From IMG/VR virus record IMGVR_UViG_3300027833_000059, positions 1 to 58,329 of that record: a DNA stretch of 58,329 nucleotides; one strand, given 5' to 3'. Position 1 is the stretch's first letter. Every line of letters begins with the position of its first letter. The translations under genes and the position numbers were made by a program. Shown piece after piece: positions 48,241 to 56,914 of this stretch. The notes beneath the pieces are model-generated. The model was not told the DNA's origin. It did not search any database and saw only the letters and a program-made list of their open reading frames with translations. This DNA is from a virus (taxonomy: Duplodnaviria > Caudoviricetes).

Positions 48241-48468
48241 TTAATTATTAATATACAGCGTATTCGATAAAAACCTTTCTACAATAATAATCATTAATAT
48301 TTTTTCGATTCTATTAATCCTATCACCAATCGTGTAAGTATCTTTACCACCACTAACATATTCTTTTATTATAGTGTTTTTAATATCTTGGTAATGTTCT
48401 ACCTCAAAAAATTGTTTTATTTCATCAGAACTTAAATTGATTAAATCTTCTTTTTTTATTTTAGTCAT
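48241..48468 (-). CDS. Cassette gene, hypothetical
   Basis: Own promoter and leader. Confidence 0.7.
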   Translation of the reverse strand: MTKIKKEDLINLSSDEIKQFFEVEHYQDIKNTIIKEYVSGGKDTYTIGDRINRIEKILMIIIVERFLSNTLYINN

Positions 48469-48541
48469 ATCAATTGTGTTTTATGTTCTATACAAAGATA
48501 CAAAAAATTCCCTTACCAACCTAATGATAAGGGAATTATTT

Positions 48542-49240
48542 TTAATTAATTTTATCCTCAATAGTATCTAAATACGTTATTGTATTATTCACTATTATAT
48601 ATGGTCGCCTATCCATTTCATCATCATACCATATAGTAGCAGTACCTATTTCACGACTATAAAAGTTAACATTTAATTTATGGTTAACCATATCAACTTC
48701 ATTATACCATAAACCTTTCTCTAATTTGCAAGATATATTATATAAACCATTCACAGAAATCATAGAATCGTTATAAACATAACAAGTTTCTCCATCAATA
48801 AACTTTACATAATTTCCACTTTCATCATTACATACTGAATATTCAGTTGATAACATTTCACCAGTATTTTCATCACCATAAGCTTCATCATCAGCTAATA
48901 ATAACTTACCACTAACACTACATTTACATATAGATTCATAATCATGTAAATCATCATTACTTAAATCATCTACCTCTAAAGCTACGCAAATCTCCTTATA
49001 TCTCTCAATGAATAACTTTAAATCATCAAAAGCCATTACACTAATACTAACACTTAAGTCTTTTTTTCTTATATCCCAGGAAAATGTACCAAACTCTCTC
49101 TCGAATTGGTTTTTCATATATTGGATACTTATTTTATTAATGTTTGGAAACGCATTAATAACATCTTCTACGAATACACATAGTATGTTATCTACATCGT
49201 AAAAGGTTCTCATCATTGGGTACTTAAAATTCTGTTCCAT
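48542..49240 (-). CDS. Cassette gene, hypothetical
   Basis: 232 aa; own promoter. Confidence 0.75.
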   Translation of the reverse strand: MEQNFKYPMMRTFYDVDNILCVFVEDVINAFPNINKISIQYMKNQFEREFGTFSWDIRKKDLSVSISVMAFDDLKLFIERYKEICVALEVDDLSNDDLHDYESICKCSVSGKLLLADDEAYGDENTGEMLSTEYSVCNDESGNYVKFIDGETCYVYNDSMISVNGLYNISCKLEKGLWYNEVDMVNHKLNVNFYSREIGTATIWYDDEMDRRPYIIVNNTITYLDTIEDKIN

Positions 49241-49336
49241 ATCTATATTAATTATTGTTCAATACAAATATACAAAATAAAAACTAACCCACCAAATAAA
49301 TGATGAGTTAATTTTATATTAGAACAAATTTACCAC

Positions 49337-49651
49337 TTACATATTAGTTAACTCTTTATATGTAATACTAGTAATTAATTTATAAAACTCTGGTAACTTA
49401 AAGAATACAAGTACACCATTAACAATAATACTACAATGAGCATCAGACCCATATTGACCTACCCTATTTAACTTATTAAGCCTAGATACACCTTCATTAG
49501 CTAATTGAATAAAAAAGTTATTAGACTTAACCCTAGCCTTCATCCCGTCAGCTTGTACCTCAATAGTATAATCCCCACCAAAAGCATCGCCTTCATTCAT
49601 CCTTCTATGCTTATATGCTTTAATGTTTTCAAATGTTATTGTATTTCCCAT
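49337..49651 (-). CDS. Cassette gene, hypothetical
   Basis: Own promoter and leader. Confidence 0.75.
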   Translation of the reverse strand: MGNTITFENIKAYKHRRMNEGDAFGGDYTIEVQADGMKARVKSNNFFIQLANEGVSRLNKLNRVGQYGSDAHCSIIVNGVLVFFKLPEFYKLITSITYKELTNM

Positions 49652-49708
49652 GTCTCATTGTTTTTATTGTTCCTTACAAAGATACAAAAAATAATCCTTA
49701 CTACCAAA

Positions 49709-50026
49709 TTATAGCAAGGTTTTTTTATCATTATTAGTGAGTTTTACACCTCTGTATCTTTCTATGATTCTCATGGCTTGTTCAAAGTCCCCATTTAAAA
49801 CCTCTTGACACATATGGTCAATGGCTATCGCATCACAATATACAGTTTCATATGATAATGTTTCATCATTATATGCTTTATATGTTGGTGTTTCTGCATC
49901 GGAATGAGAACCATTATACACATCTTCTACATCAAACCAATCAACTTCCTTATCAAATGGTATATTCTTAACTCCCCTAGCAACTAACTCTAACCAATCT
50001 TGTATCTCTTGTCTTACACTTTTCAT
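49709..50026 (-). CDS. Cassette gene, hypothetical
   Basis: Own promoter and leader. Confidence 0.75.
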   Translation of the reverse strand: MKSVRQEIQDWLELVARGVKNIPFDKEVDWFDVEDVYNGSHSDAETPTYKAYNDETLSYETVYCDAIAIDHMCQEVLNGDFEQAMRIIERYRGVKLTNNDKKTLL

Positions 50027-50114
50027 AATCTTGTGGTTTTAATTATTGTTCCTTACAAAGATACAATAAATAATCCTTACTACCTAATATAATAAGGATT
50101 ATTTTATAATTTAT

Positions 50115-50375
50115 TTAAAACATTTCATATCTCTCTAAGATAACTCTCCCTTTGTATTTCCCCTCTTCTCCGACGTAATCTACAAACTTAAGTAGTGTAT
50201 CATCATTTCTAACGTAAGCATCTTGAGATACCACATCTTTGGCTCTGTTAATCTCTAAGATTTGATTAAGTTCAAACTCAGCTGACTTCTTACTTGAAAA
50301 GTGTCTTGGTGTAAACGCATACTGATTTGTGAAACCATTTAAACTACCACTCTTAACTACATAAACATATCTCAT
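50115..50375 (-). CDS. Cassette gene, hypothetical
   Basis: Own promoter and leader. Confidence 0.75.
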   Translation of the reverse strand: MRYVYVVKSGSLNGFTNQYAFTPRHFSSKKSAEFELNQILEINRAKDVVSQDAYVRNDDTLLKFVDYVGEEGKYKGRVILERYEMF

Positions 50376-50464
50376 AACTATAAGGTTTTAAAATTAGACT
50401 TACACAAAGATAAACAAAATAAACCTTACTACCAAATATAATAAGGTTTATTTATAAATTTATT

Positions 50465-51010
50465 TTATGCGTCTTTATAAAGTCTCCAAGTTAATGATTC
50501 AATATCTAAGGTATCACAAGCAATTTCAATATTACTCATATGAGTCTTAATTTTACGTTCCCATGTATCTTGGTGCTTATTTGCCATTAACAATAAGACC
50601 TCATTAACTTCATCCATTATTAATTTAAATCTTCTATTAAAAGAATCCCCATTAAAATCAACATAAGATACAAAAGGCATACCAACTTTGTTACATAATT
50701 GTTTTAACATTTGTTCTGACATACCAACTTCATCTAATATATGTTCCATATATTCTCCATCAACCTCAATATCTTTTAATATATTAATGACTTTTCTAAC
50801 CTTTGTCCCATAGTCTGAACTAATTATTTCATGTAAGCCAACTGAATGTACATTTAAATCCTTATCTACTACCTTAACATACTTAGTTGGTGTATCATTG
50901 TTAGGTGTAGTTTCCTCAAAAAACTCTACAATAATAACCTCATCATTAGAAGTTAAATTTAAATCTGCCAATGCATCTCCCTTTAATTTTACTCTATCGT
51001 ATTTTTTCAT
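50465..51010 (-). CDS. Cassette gene, hypothetical
   Basis: Own promoter and leader. Confidence 0.75.
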   Translation of the reverse strand: MKKYDRVKLKGDALADLNLTSNDEVIIVEFFEETTPNNDTPTKYVKVVDKDLNVHSVGLHEIISSDYGTKVRKVINILKDIEVDGEYMEHILDEVGMSEQMLKQLCNKVGMPFVSYVDFNGDSFNRRFKLIMDEVNEVLLLMANKHQDTWERKIKTHMSNIEIACDTLDIESLTWRLYKDA

Positions 51011-51091
51011 CTTACCTGTGGTTTATGTTCCCTACAAAGATACAACAAATAATCCTTACTACCAAATATAATAAGGATTATTTTTAATTTA

Positions 51092-51697
51092 TTATACTTG
51101 TGCTAACATTCTATTATAAAACTTTTCTTTAGACGTGTATAAAAAACAATTTCTAATCTTTTCTCCACGATACGTTGAATGAATTGTACTATGTTCATCA
51201 ACTTTTATTACCTCAAGTCTTTTTTGTTGAACCATATAATTTCTAAAGATATAACGTTCTCCATATTTAATTTCTTTTTTAGGTTGAGTTCTACTAATGA
51301 AATCTTCACGATTTTTGTAAATTGTATATCCCAACATTGAACCACTATTACCAATCACATAAGAATAAGATGTCCAACCAACACCTATTGTAAATTTTAT
51401 TTTATCAATTTTACCTCGTTTTAATATAAAATTCTTATATGGGTTATCATTATGATATAAAACATCTTTTCCAATGTTATACTTATTATCTAAAATCTTG
51501 GTAATATCGTTACTAACAAACTTTTTCTTAATATCTTCTAAGTTATTACTACGCGAATAATCGTTTATCCCAAACCTAAGTCTTTCAATTGTTCCATCAG
51601 CTAACAGAGTACCCTCAATAGAAGTTATCGAACCTTGAGTTCTGTTATACTTTAACATTATTCTATCTCCTATATTGAATGGTAATGTAATTTTCAT
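51092..51697 (-). CDS. Cassette gene with repeated SH3/KOW-like beta modules
   Basis: FNIGDRI, YNIGKDV, IKYGERY repeats. Confidence 0.7.
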   Translation of the reverse strand: MKITLPFNIGDRIMLKYNRTQGSITSIEGTLLADGTIERLRFGINDYSRSNNLEDIKKKFVSNDITKILDNKYNIGKDVLYHNDNPYKNFILKRGKIDKIKFTIGVGWTSYSYVIGNSGSMLGYTIYKNREDFISRTQPKKEIKYGERYIFRNYMVQQKRLEVIKVDEHSTIHSTYRGEKIRNCFLYTSKEKFYNRMLAQV

Positions 51698-51812
51698 AAT
51701 CTTGTGGTTTTAATTATTGTTCCTTACAAAGATACAACTAATTATTGGTTCTACCAAATATTTTAATAGAAAAAGGGTACCACTTTGAGATGGGTACCCT
51801 TTTCAGCTCAAG

Positions 51813-52337
51813 CTATATTAATCTATTCTCTCCCTCAATCCAACGTCTGAATGCTATAATAACATCTCCATCAGACCAATTATCTTTATCAGCACATTCT
51901 AAAATGTCCTCAAAACAATATTGTACAATATCTGCTATATTGTTTGGTATATCCATACCAAGATAAGTTATTTTTTGTATGAGTATTTTTTTAACCTCAT
52001 CTTTTTTATTAAAATTTTCAAATTCCTCCCACTCTTCATCTTGAACATCAATATAGAACACCTTATAAGTGTCAAAACCATGTAACGAAACACTTTCTAA
52101 TCCGTTAACAAAAGAATTAAATTCTTCTTTAGTTTGGAACGTGTGGGATTCTAATGAATCATATATGTTATCTCGATTATCTGAAGAACCATCTTGTAAG
52201 TCATCTAATAATTCAGAAACTTTATTTAACTTATAAACGTTATTTTTAACAATATACTTTGTCCAAGAGATTTTACTCTTAAAAGATTCAATCGCTCCGT
52301 AATCATTTCCTTTAGTGTCAATAATAATATATATCAT
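51813..52337 (-). CDS. Cassette gene; C-terminal domain shared with 44493-44981
   Basis: Start moved to ATG 52337. Confidence 0.8.
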   Translation of the reverse strand: MIYIIIDTKGNDYGAIESFKSKISWTKYIVKNNVYKLNKVSELLDDLQDGSSDNRDNIYDSLESHTFQTKEEFNSFVNGLESVSLHGFDTYKVFYIDVQDEEWEEFENFNKKDEVKKILIQKITYLGMDIPNNIADIVQYCFEDILECADKDNWSDGDVIIAFRRWIEGENRLI

Positions 52338-52421
52338 AATATCTTGTGGTTTAATAATTAATATTTCAAAGATAATAAAAATAATCCTTACTACCAAATA
52401 TAATAAGGATTATTTTATATA

Positions 52422-52664
52422 TTACCATTCTACAATAATATATTCTGTACCATGACTATTGAAACCAAAAGTTATTTTATAACCCTTTTCTCGCAATAAA
52501 CGTATTGCCAAATCTTTTTCTTGAGGGCTACAAGTAACACCACTACAGTAGTGGGTAATTCTACCACTCTTACTTTTAATAATTTTATCACATACCCTAT
52601 GATAAAATTCTCTTGATACTTCTATCTTACTCTTTGCGTGTTCTTTAGCTGATGGCATCTCCAT
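52422..52664 (-). CDS. Cassette gene, hypothetical
   Basis: Own promoter and leader. Confidence 0.75.
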   Translation of the reverse strand: MEMPSAKEHAKSKIEVSREFYHRVCDKIIKSKSGRITHYCSGVTCSPQEKDLAIRLLREKGYKITFGFNSHGTEYIIVEW

Positions 52665-52754
52665 AATATTATTGTTTTAATTGTTCTACACTTCAAAGAT
52701 ACAAAAAATAAACCTTACTACCTAACATAATAAGGTTTATTTTATAATACTGTT

Positions 52755-52991
52755 TTATTTAATCTCAATTAATTCATCAAATTTACTATAATACTCACTA
52801 ACTAAATCTTCATTACATAAATTACTAAAACCACTTATACCACCATCACGAATAATAGTATCTATGTAACTATAATCCCCACCTAATATCATTTGCTCAA
52901 TTGTATCAATCTCATCAGAAACTAATCTATCTATAACTTCTTGTCTTGTTAAATCTTCCATATCTAACACTTTTTTAATTATCCTACTCAC
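52755..52991 (-). CDS. Hypothetical protein
   Basis: Second gene of the cassette. Confidence 0.65.
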   Translation of the reverse strand: MSRIIKKVLDMEDLTRQEVIDRLVSDEIDTIEQMILGGDYSYIDTIIRDGGISGFSNLCNEDLVSEYYSKFDELIEIK

Positions 52992-53160
52992 TTACTATTA
53001 ATCTTACTTCTCCATCCAATTCGTAACCACTCTGACCTTTACTTGATACTTCAATATTATTAACCCAAAGGTTTACTTCATCATCCCCAATTGGAACTCT
53101 AACATTTACACTCTTATCTTCAATTTTTTGAAGAGCATCTATTAAATCTTGTACACTCAT
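52984..53160 (-). CDS. Cassette gene, hypothetical
   Basis: Start moved to ATG 53160 (MSVQDLIDALQ). Confidence 0.7.
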   Translation of the reverse strand: MSVQDLIDALQKIEDKSVNVRVPIGDDEVNLWVNNIEVSSKGQSGYELDGEVRLIVSE

Positions 53161-53247
53161 AATATATTGTTTTAATTGTTCTACATTACAAAGATACAAA
53201 AAATAATCCTTACTACCTAACATAATAAGGATTATTTTATATATTTC

Positions 53248-53481
53248 CTACTCACCAGAACAACCTAAACATAAATCAGTATCATCATCATAACTAATAA
53301 TCTCACCAGAACTAAAACCACCACCACAATTATTACACATATAACCATCATCCAAACTTTCACACTCTTCAATCAAATCACACCTATCAACTAATAAGGC
53401 TTGGTCTATATCTTCATATACTGAATTATCTACCAAATAATCTGCTAACTCAAACTTATTCCAACTACTAAAATCTTTCAT
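53248..53481 (-). CDS. Acidic zinc-finger protein
   Basis: CNNCGG...CLGC. Confidence 0.7.
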   Translation of the reverse strand: MKDFSSWNKFELADYLVDNSVYEDIDQALLVDRCDLIEECESLDDGYMCNNCGGGFSSGEIISYDDDTDLCLGCSGE

Positions 53482-53494
53482 ATATAATACTTTT

Positions 53495-53803
53495 TTAATT
53501 ATCTAACCAACCTAATAAATTAACTGCCTCACCATACTCCAATTCCGAAAGTGAACCACTTATAATTTCACCATTACAACCCTCAGTTATACCAATAGCA
53601 ATATAATCACCACCCTTAATACTCATAACAGCATACTCGTCATAATGAAAATGCTTACACACCTTACTTACTCTTGGTACTTCATTCCTAACCTCAGAAT
53701 CAAAATCGTCAAATTCATCTTGTGTTAAAATAACCTCATCATAACTATTTAAAGCTTGATAAACTGAATCCATTAAATTGTGTACTTCTTTTGTTAAACT
53801 CAT
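53495..53803 (-). CDS. Cassette gene, hypothetical acidic protein
   Basis: Own promoter. Confidence 0.75.
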   Translation of the reverse strand: MSLTKEVHNLMDSVYQALNSYDEVILTQDEFDDFDSEVRNEVPRVSKVCKHFHYDEYAVMSIKGGDYIAIGITEGCNGEIISGSLSELEYGEAVNLLGWLDN

Positions 53804-53934
53804 AATATATCGTTTTAATTATTATACTTCAAAGATACAACATAAGAAAAGTTCCCACAACTACTTATAGTATGCAAAACAACTTTTTTAATTATCCAAA
53901 TTATTTATGTTAAAATTTTTAACCACGCATTTTA

Positions 53935-54132
53935 TTATAATCCATAATTATATACAAGAAAATCAAATATTTTCTCATCATCCCCAAATAGATTAGATTC
54001 AGGTAAATAATATTGCTTACCTCCATACTCGATACATTTATGGTCATCCATCATTAATTCAACATAATCACAGGATTCATTTTTTCTTACTTTTGTTCCT
54101 CTCTCTGTTAAAAATTCTTTAATTGTCTTCAT
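53935..54132 (-). CDS. Cassette gene, hypothetical
   Basis: Own promoter and leader. Confidence 0.7.
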   Translation of the reverse strand: MKTIKEFLTERGTKVRKNESCDYVELMMDDHKCIEYGGKQYYLPESNLFGDDEKIFDFLVYNYGL

Positions 54133-54277
54133 AATAAATTATTTAATTGTTCTACATTACAAAGATAATTAAACTTATTTAATAATCGTGCAGACTATAA
54201 GTAACACCAGTAAAAATATATTTTAAAATAATTTATATTTTATTTGGTAGAACCAATATAATGTCGTACCTTTACAC

Positions 54278-54340
54278 TGTAGGTACGAAAGTGATACGGG
54301 TCTGGAAATAACACTCCGAAAGAGTAGACTCCAACCTACA
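54278..54340 (+). ncRNA. Structured small RNA, copy 2 of 4
   Basis: TTTG...TACCTTTA promoter; same scaffold; followed by a U-run. Confidence 0.75.
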
Positions 54341-54426
54341 CCTATTTTTTTTACATACAAAACAAAAAAAAGAGCTAGGTAAAAACCTAACTCAATTTTG
54401 AACACAAACAAAACAACTATTATATT

Positions 54427-54997
54427 TTAAAACTCAATATTAATTTTTCTACTCTCAATGTTTTCAACTAAAACACTTTGCAAATAATCAACATCTGTTG
54501 GATTACCAACAAAATCAACATATCCTACCAAACTTTTTCTTAATCTCTTCTAAGATAACATTCCTATCTCCCTCTTTTAAATCTCCCAATAAATCTAATA
54601 TCATATCATTAGCATTTGAAACATTTAAATCCCTTAAACCACTATCATCACTATCAGCATATGACCAACCTTTAAGCCTATCCTCTAATTCCTTAGAACA
54701 TTCAGCCATAAAATACAAATCAAAACAAGTAGTATCAGTCGCTTCATCCCAACCTATCTCTTCAAAACCATTAGTCTTAACCAATGTCCTAAGATATAAT
54801 GAATTGTCAGAAAACATAATATTATCAACAATTTCAGTTATTAAACCATAAGCACCCACAGAACCATTTTGGTCTAACCAACCACCATACTTAAATCTAA
54901 TTATACTATAACTTTCACTTGTTACGGCTGAAATGATAAAGTCCTTATCCTCTCTTGCTTTTACCCTTAACGTTGTTTTTAATTGTTCTAATCTCAT
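54427..54997 (-). CDS. Cassette gene with an apparent +1 frameshift near 54530
   Basis: Frame stops at 54515, but the +1 frame continues VGYVDFVGNPTDVDYLQSVLVENIESRKINIEF to 54427. Confidence 0.6.
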
Positions 54998-55060
54998 CTT
55001 ACTTGTGGTTTTAATTATTGTTCTTAGCAAAGATAATACAAATTATTGAATCTACCAAAT

Positions 55061-55279
55061 TTATTTAAGTAATTCTGAAATATTATATATATCATCTACT
55101 TCCCATGATATATTATCATGCTCACATGTTATCGTCTTTAATTGATAATTTCTACCACCCCTAATAGCATCAGCAGTTAATAAAATAAACGCTTGTATAC
55201 CACCATTACAATTAACAGTTAGTGTATGTTCATATCCACGAACATCCCTAAATAAACCTATGTATGTATTTGTTCTCAT
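55061..55279 (-). CDS. Cassette gene, hypothetical
   Basis: Own promoter and leader. Confidence 0.75.
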   Translation of the reverse strand: MRTNTYIGLFRDVRGYEHTLTVNCNGGIQAFILLTADAIRGGRNYQLKTITCEHDNISWEVDDIYNISELLK

Positions 55280-55332
55280 CTTACTTGTGGTTTTAATTAT
55301 TGTTCCTTACAAAGATACAACATAATATTGGA

Positions 55333-55662
55333 TTAAACTAATTTTTTCTCTAAAAATTCATTAATTTCATCAAAAAATTCTCCATCCCATTGTCTACCCT
55401 CATTCATTAATTGAAACTCATTCGTAAGTTCCTCAGCTAATTCATATAAACCACCAGTACCTTGACTCTCATACCTATCCAATACCAAAGGCGACTCACA
55501 CTTATCTTGTCTCCAATAATATGTTATCTGAGACACAACCTCAAAATAAGTCTCAACCCAACCATTAAAACATATTTCAGTCGGTAAAGAATTATCACTG
55601 TTCTTTAATGCAAATTCTAAATTCTTAATTTGCTCATTACTACCTTGGAATAATATTTTCAT
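55333..55662 (-). CDS. Cassette gene, hypothetical
   Basis: Own promoter and leader. Confidence 0.75.
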   Translation of the reverse strand: MKILFQGSNEQIKNLEFALKNSDNSLPTEICFNGWVETYFEVVSQITYYWRQDKCESPLVLDRYESQGTGGLYELAEELTNEFQLMNEGRQWDGEFFDEINEFLEKKLV

Positions 55663-55758
55663 CTTACTTGTGGTTTTAATTATTATTATACTTCAAAGAT
55701 ACAAAAAATAATCCTTACTACCTAATATAATAAGGATTATTTTATAAAATTGTCTACA

Positions 55759-55995
55759 TTAAAAGTAAACTTCGTAACCCTCTACTTTCATTTGAATAAT
55801 ACATCGCTTGACATAGTTTATAGCCTCTTCTGTAACTATATAACCTCTAACACCTTCCTCAAGTTGGTAAGTAATTACGAAATCCTCATCAACTCCCTTA
55901 CCTACTTTATTACCCTCAACTTTAGAATAAAATTCTAATCTACCTTTAATATTTTCTATTGCTCTTGGTGCGAAATAATCTATTGGATAAGACAT
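55759..55995 (-). CDS. Cassette gene, hypothetical
   Basis: Own promoter and leader. Confidence 0.75.
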   Translation of the reverse strand: MSYPIDYFAPRAIENIKGRLEFYSKVEGNKVGKGVDEDFVITYQLEEGVRGYIVTEEAINYVKRCIIQMKVEGYEVYF

Positions 55996-56130
55996 AATTT
56001 GTGGTTTTTATTGTTCCTTACAAAGATACAACAAATAATCCTTACTACCAAATAATATACAATAAAAAAATAAATTAAAAATAATCCATTTATTCCATTG
56101 TAGAACCAATAATTATTCGTATCTTTACAC

Positions 56131-56195
56131 TGTAGGTGCTTAATAGCGATACGGGTCTGGAACTAACACTCCGAAAGAGTAGACTCCAACCTACA
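56131..56195 (+). ncRNA. Structured small RNA, copy 3 of 4
   Basis: TATCTTTA promoter at 56120; same scaffold with a variant first hairpin. Confidence 0.75.
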
Positions 56196-56314
56196 ACAAA
56201 TCCAGATTAAAATCTCAAACCAAAGCACCAACACAAAGATACAAAAAAGTTTTTAATAAAAAAAATAAATAAGACCCTAATTTTAATTAAAGCCTTATTT
56301 ATTTTATCTAATCC

Positions 56315-56779
56315 CTACCCTAATACAAATTGCTTTGCCTTAGCATAAACACCTAACTCTTCCCTAACTTTTGAATCTTTCCTAAAATACTCGTCATAAT
56401 ATCTAACCTTATTAAAATAATTAATATCATACACACCTAATTCACTCATCTTCTCACATACTTCATAACTTAAGAAAAATTGTATGGACTCAACCCTCTG
56501 TAATGGACTTGAACTTAACATACTACCATAAATGTCATCACTGAATAATGTACAACCATTATCATCAACTAATAACCTACCTACACTATAATCTAAACCA
56601 TAATTCATCTTAGGGTCTCTATCTACCTTAAAATACCTTACATCAACATAACCTAAACCATTCTTAATAATCCTACTACTACCATCCATAGTACCAAAAT
56701 GCTCGTATACACCCGATAATAACTCCTTAGCTAATTCAACACTAATCTCATTCGCTACTAATTCCTTTACTAATTTCAT
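56315..56779 (-). CDS. Cassette gene, hypothetical
   Basis: Own promoter at 56803. Confidence 0.75.
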   Translation of the reverse strand: MKLVKELVANEISVELAKELLSGVYEHFGTMDGSSRIIKNGLGYVDVRYFKVDRDPKMNYGLDYSVGRLLVDDNGCTLFSDDIYGSMLSSSPLQRVESIQFFLSYEVCEKMSELGVYDINYFNKVRYYDEYFRKDSKVREELGVYAKAKQFVLG

Positions 56780-56914
56780 AATATATGTGGTTTTTGTTCT
56801 CTACAAAGATACAACTAATTATTGGATAAACAATAACTTTTATACAAAAAAAAAATAATTTAATTTTTCTCACATATTATTTGGTATATCCAATATAATG
56901 TTGTACCTTTACAT

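Larger units (their letters stand above)
28084..56830 (-). repeat. Dispersed promoter-leader repeat, about 60 copies, one per gene cassette
   Basis: Coding-strand consensus TT(T/A)GG-N19-TATCTTTG-N4-GAACA(ATAAC/TAAACCACAAG/ATAATTAAAACCACAAG)...ATG. Seen on plus as CAAAGATA at e.g. 28115, 29196, 29457, 31294, 31866, 37261, 39961, 46687, 53189, 56803. Confidence 0.92.

Noticed and set aside
28084-56830. Dispersed repeat interpreted as a CRISPR array
   Set aside because: The intervals are 150-900 bp genes, the repeat matches a host promoter, and no cas genes are present
28084-56830. Classical integron with attC sites
   Set aside because: No integrase in the window, no consistent RYYYAAC/GTTRRRY ends, and the cassettes carry their own promoters
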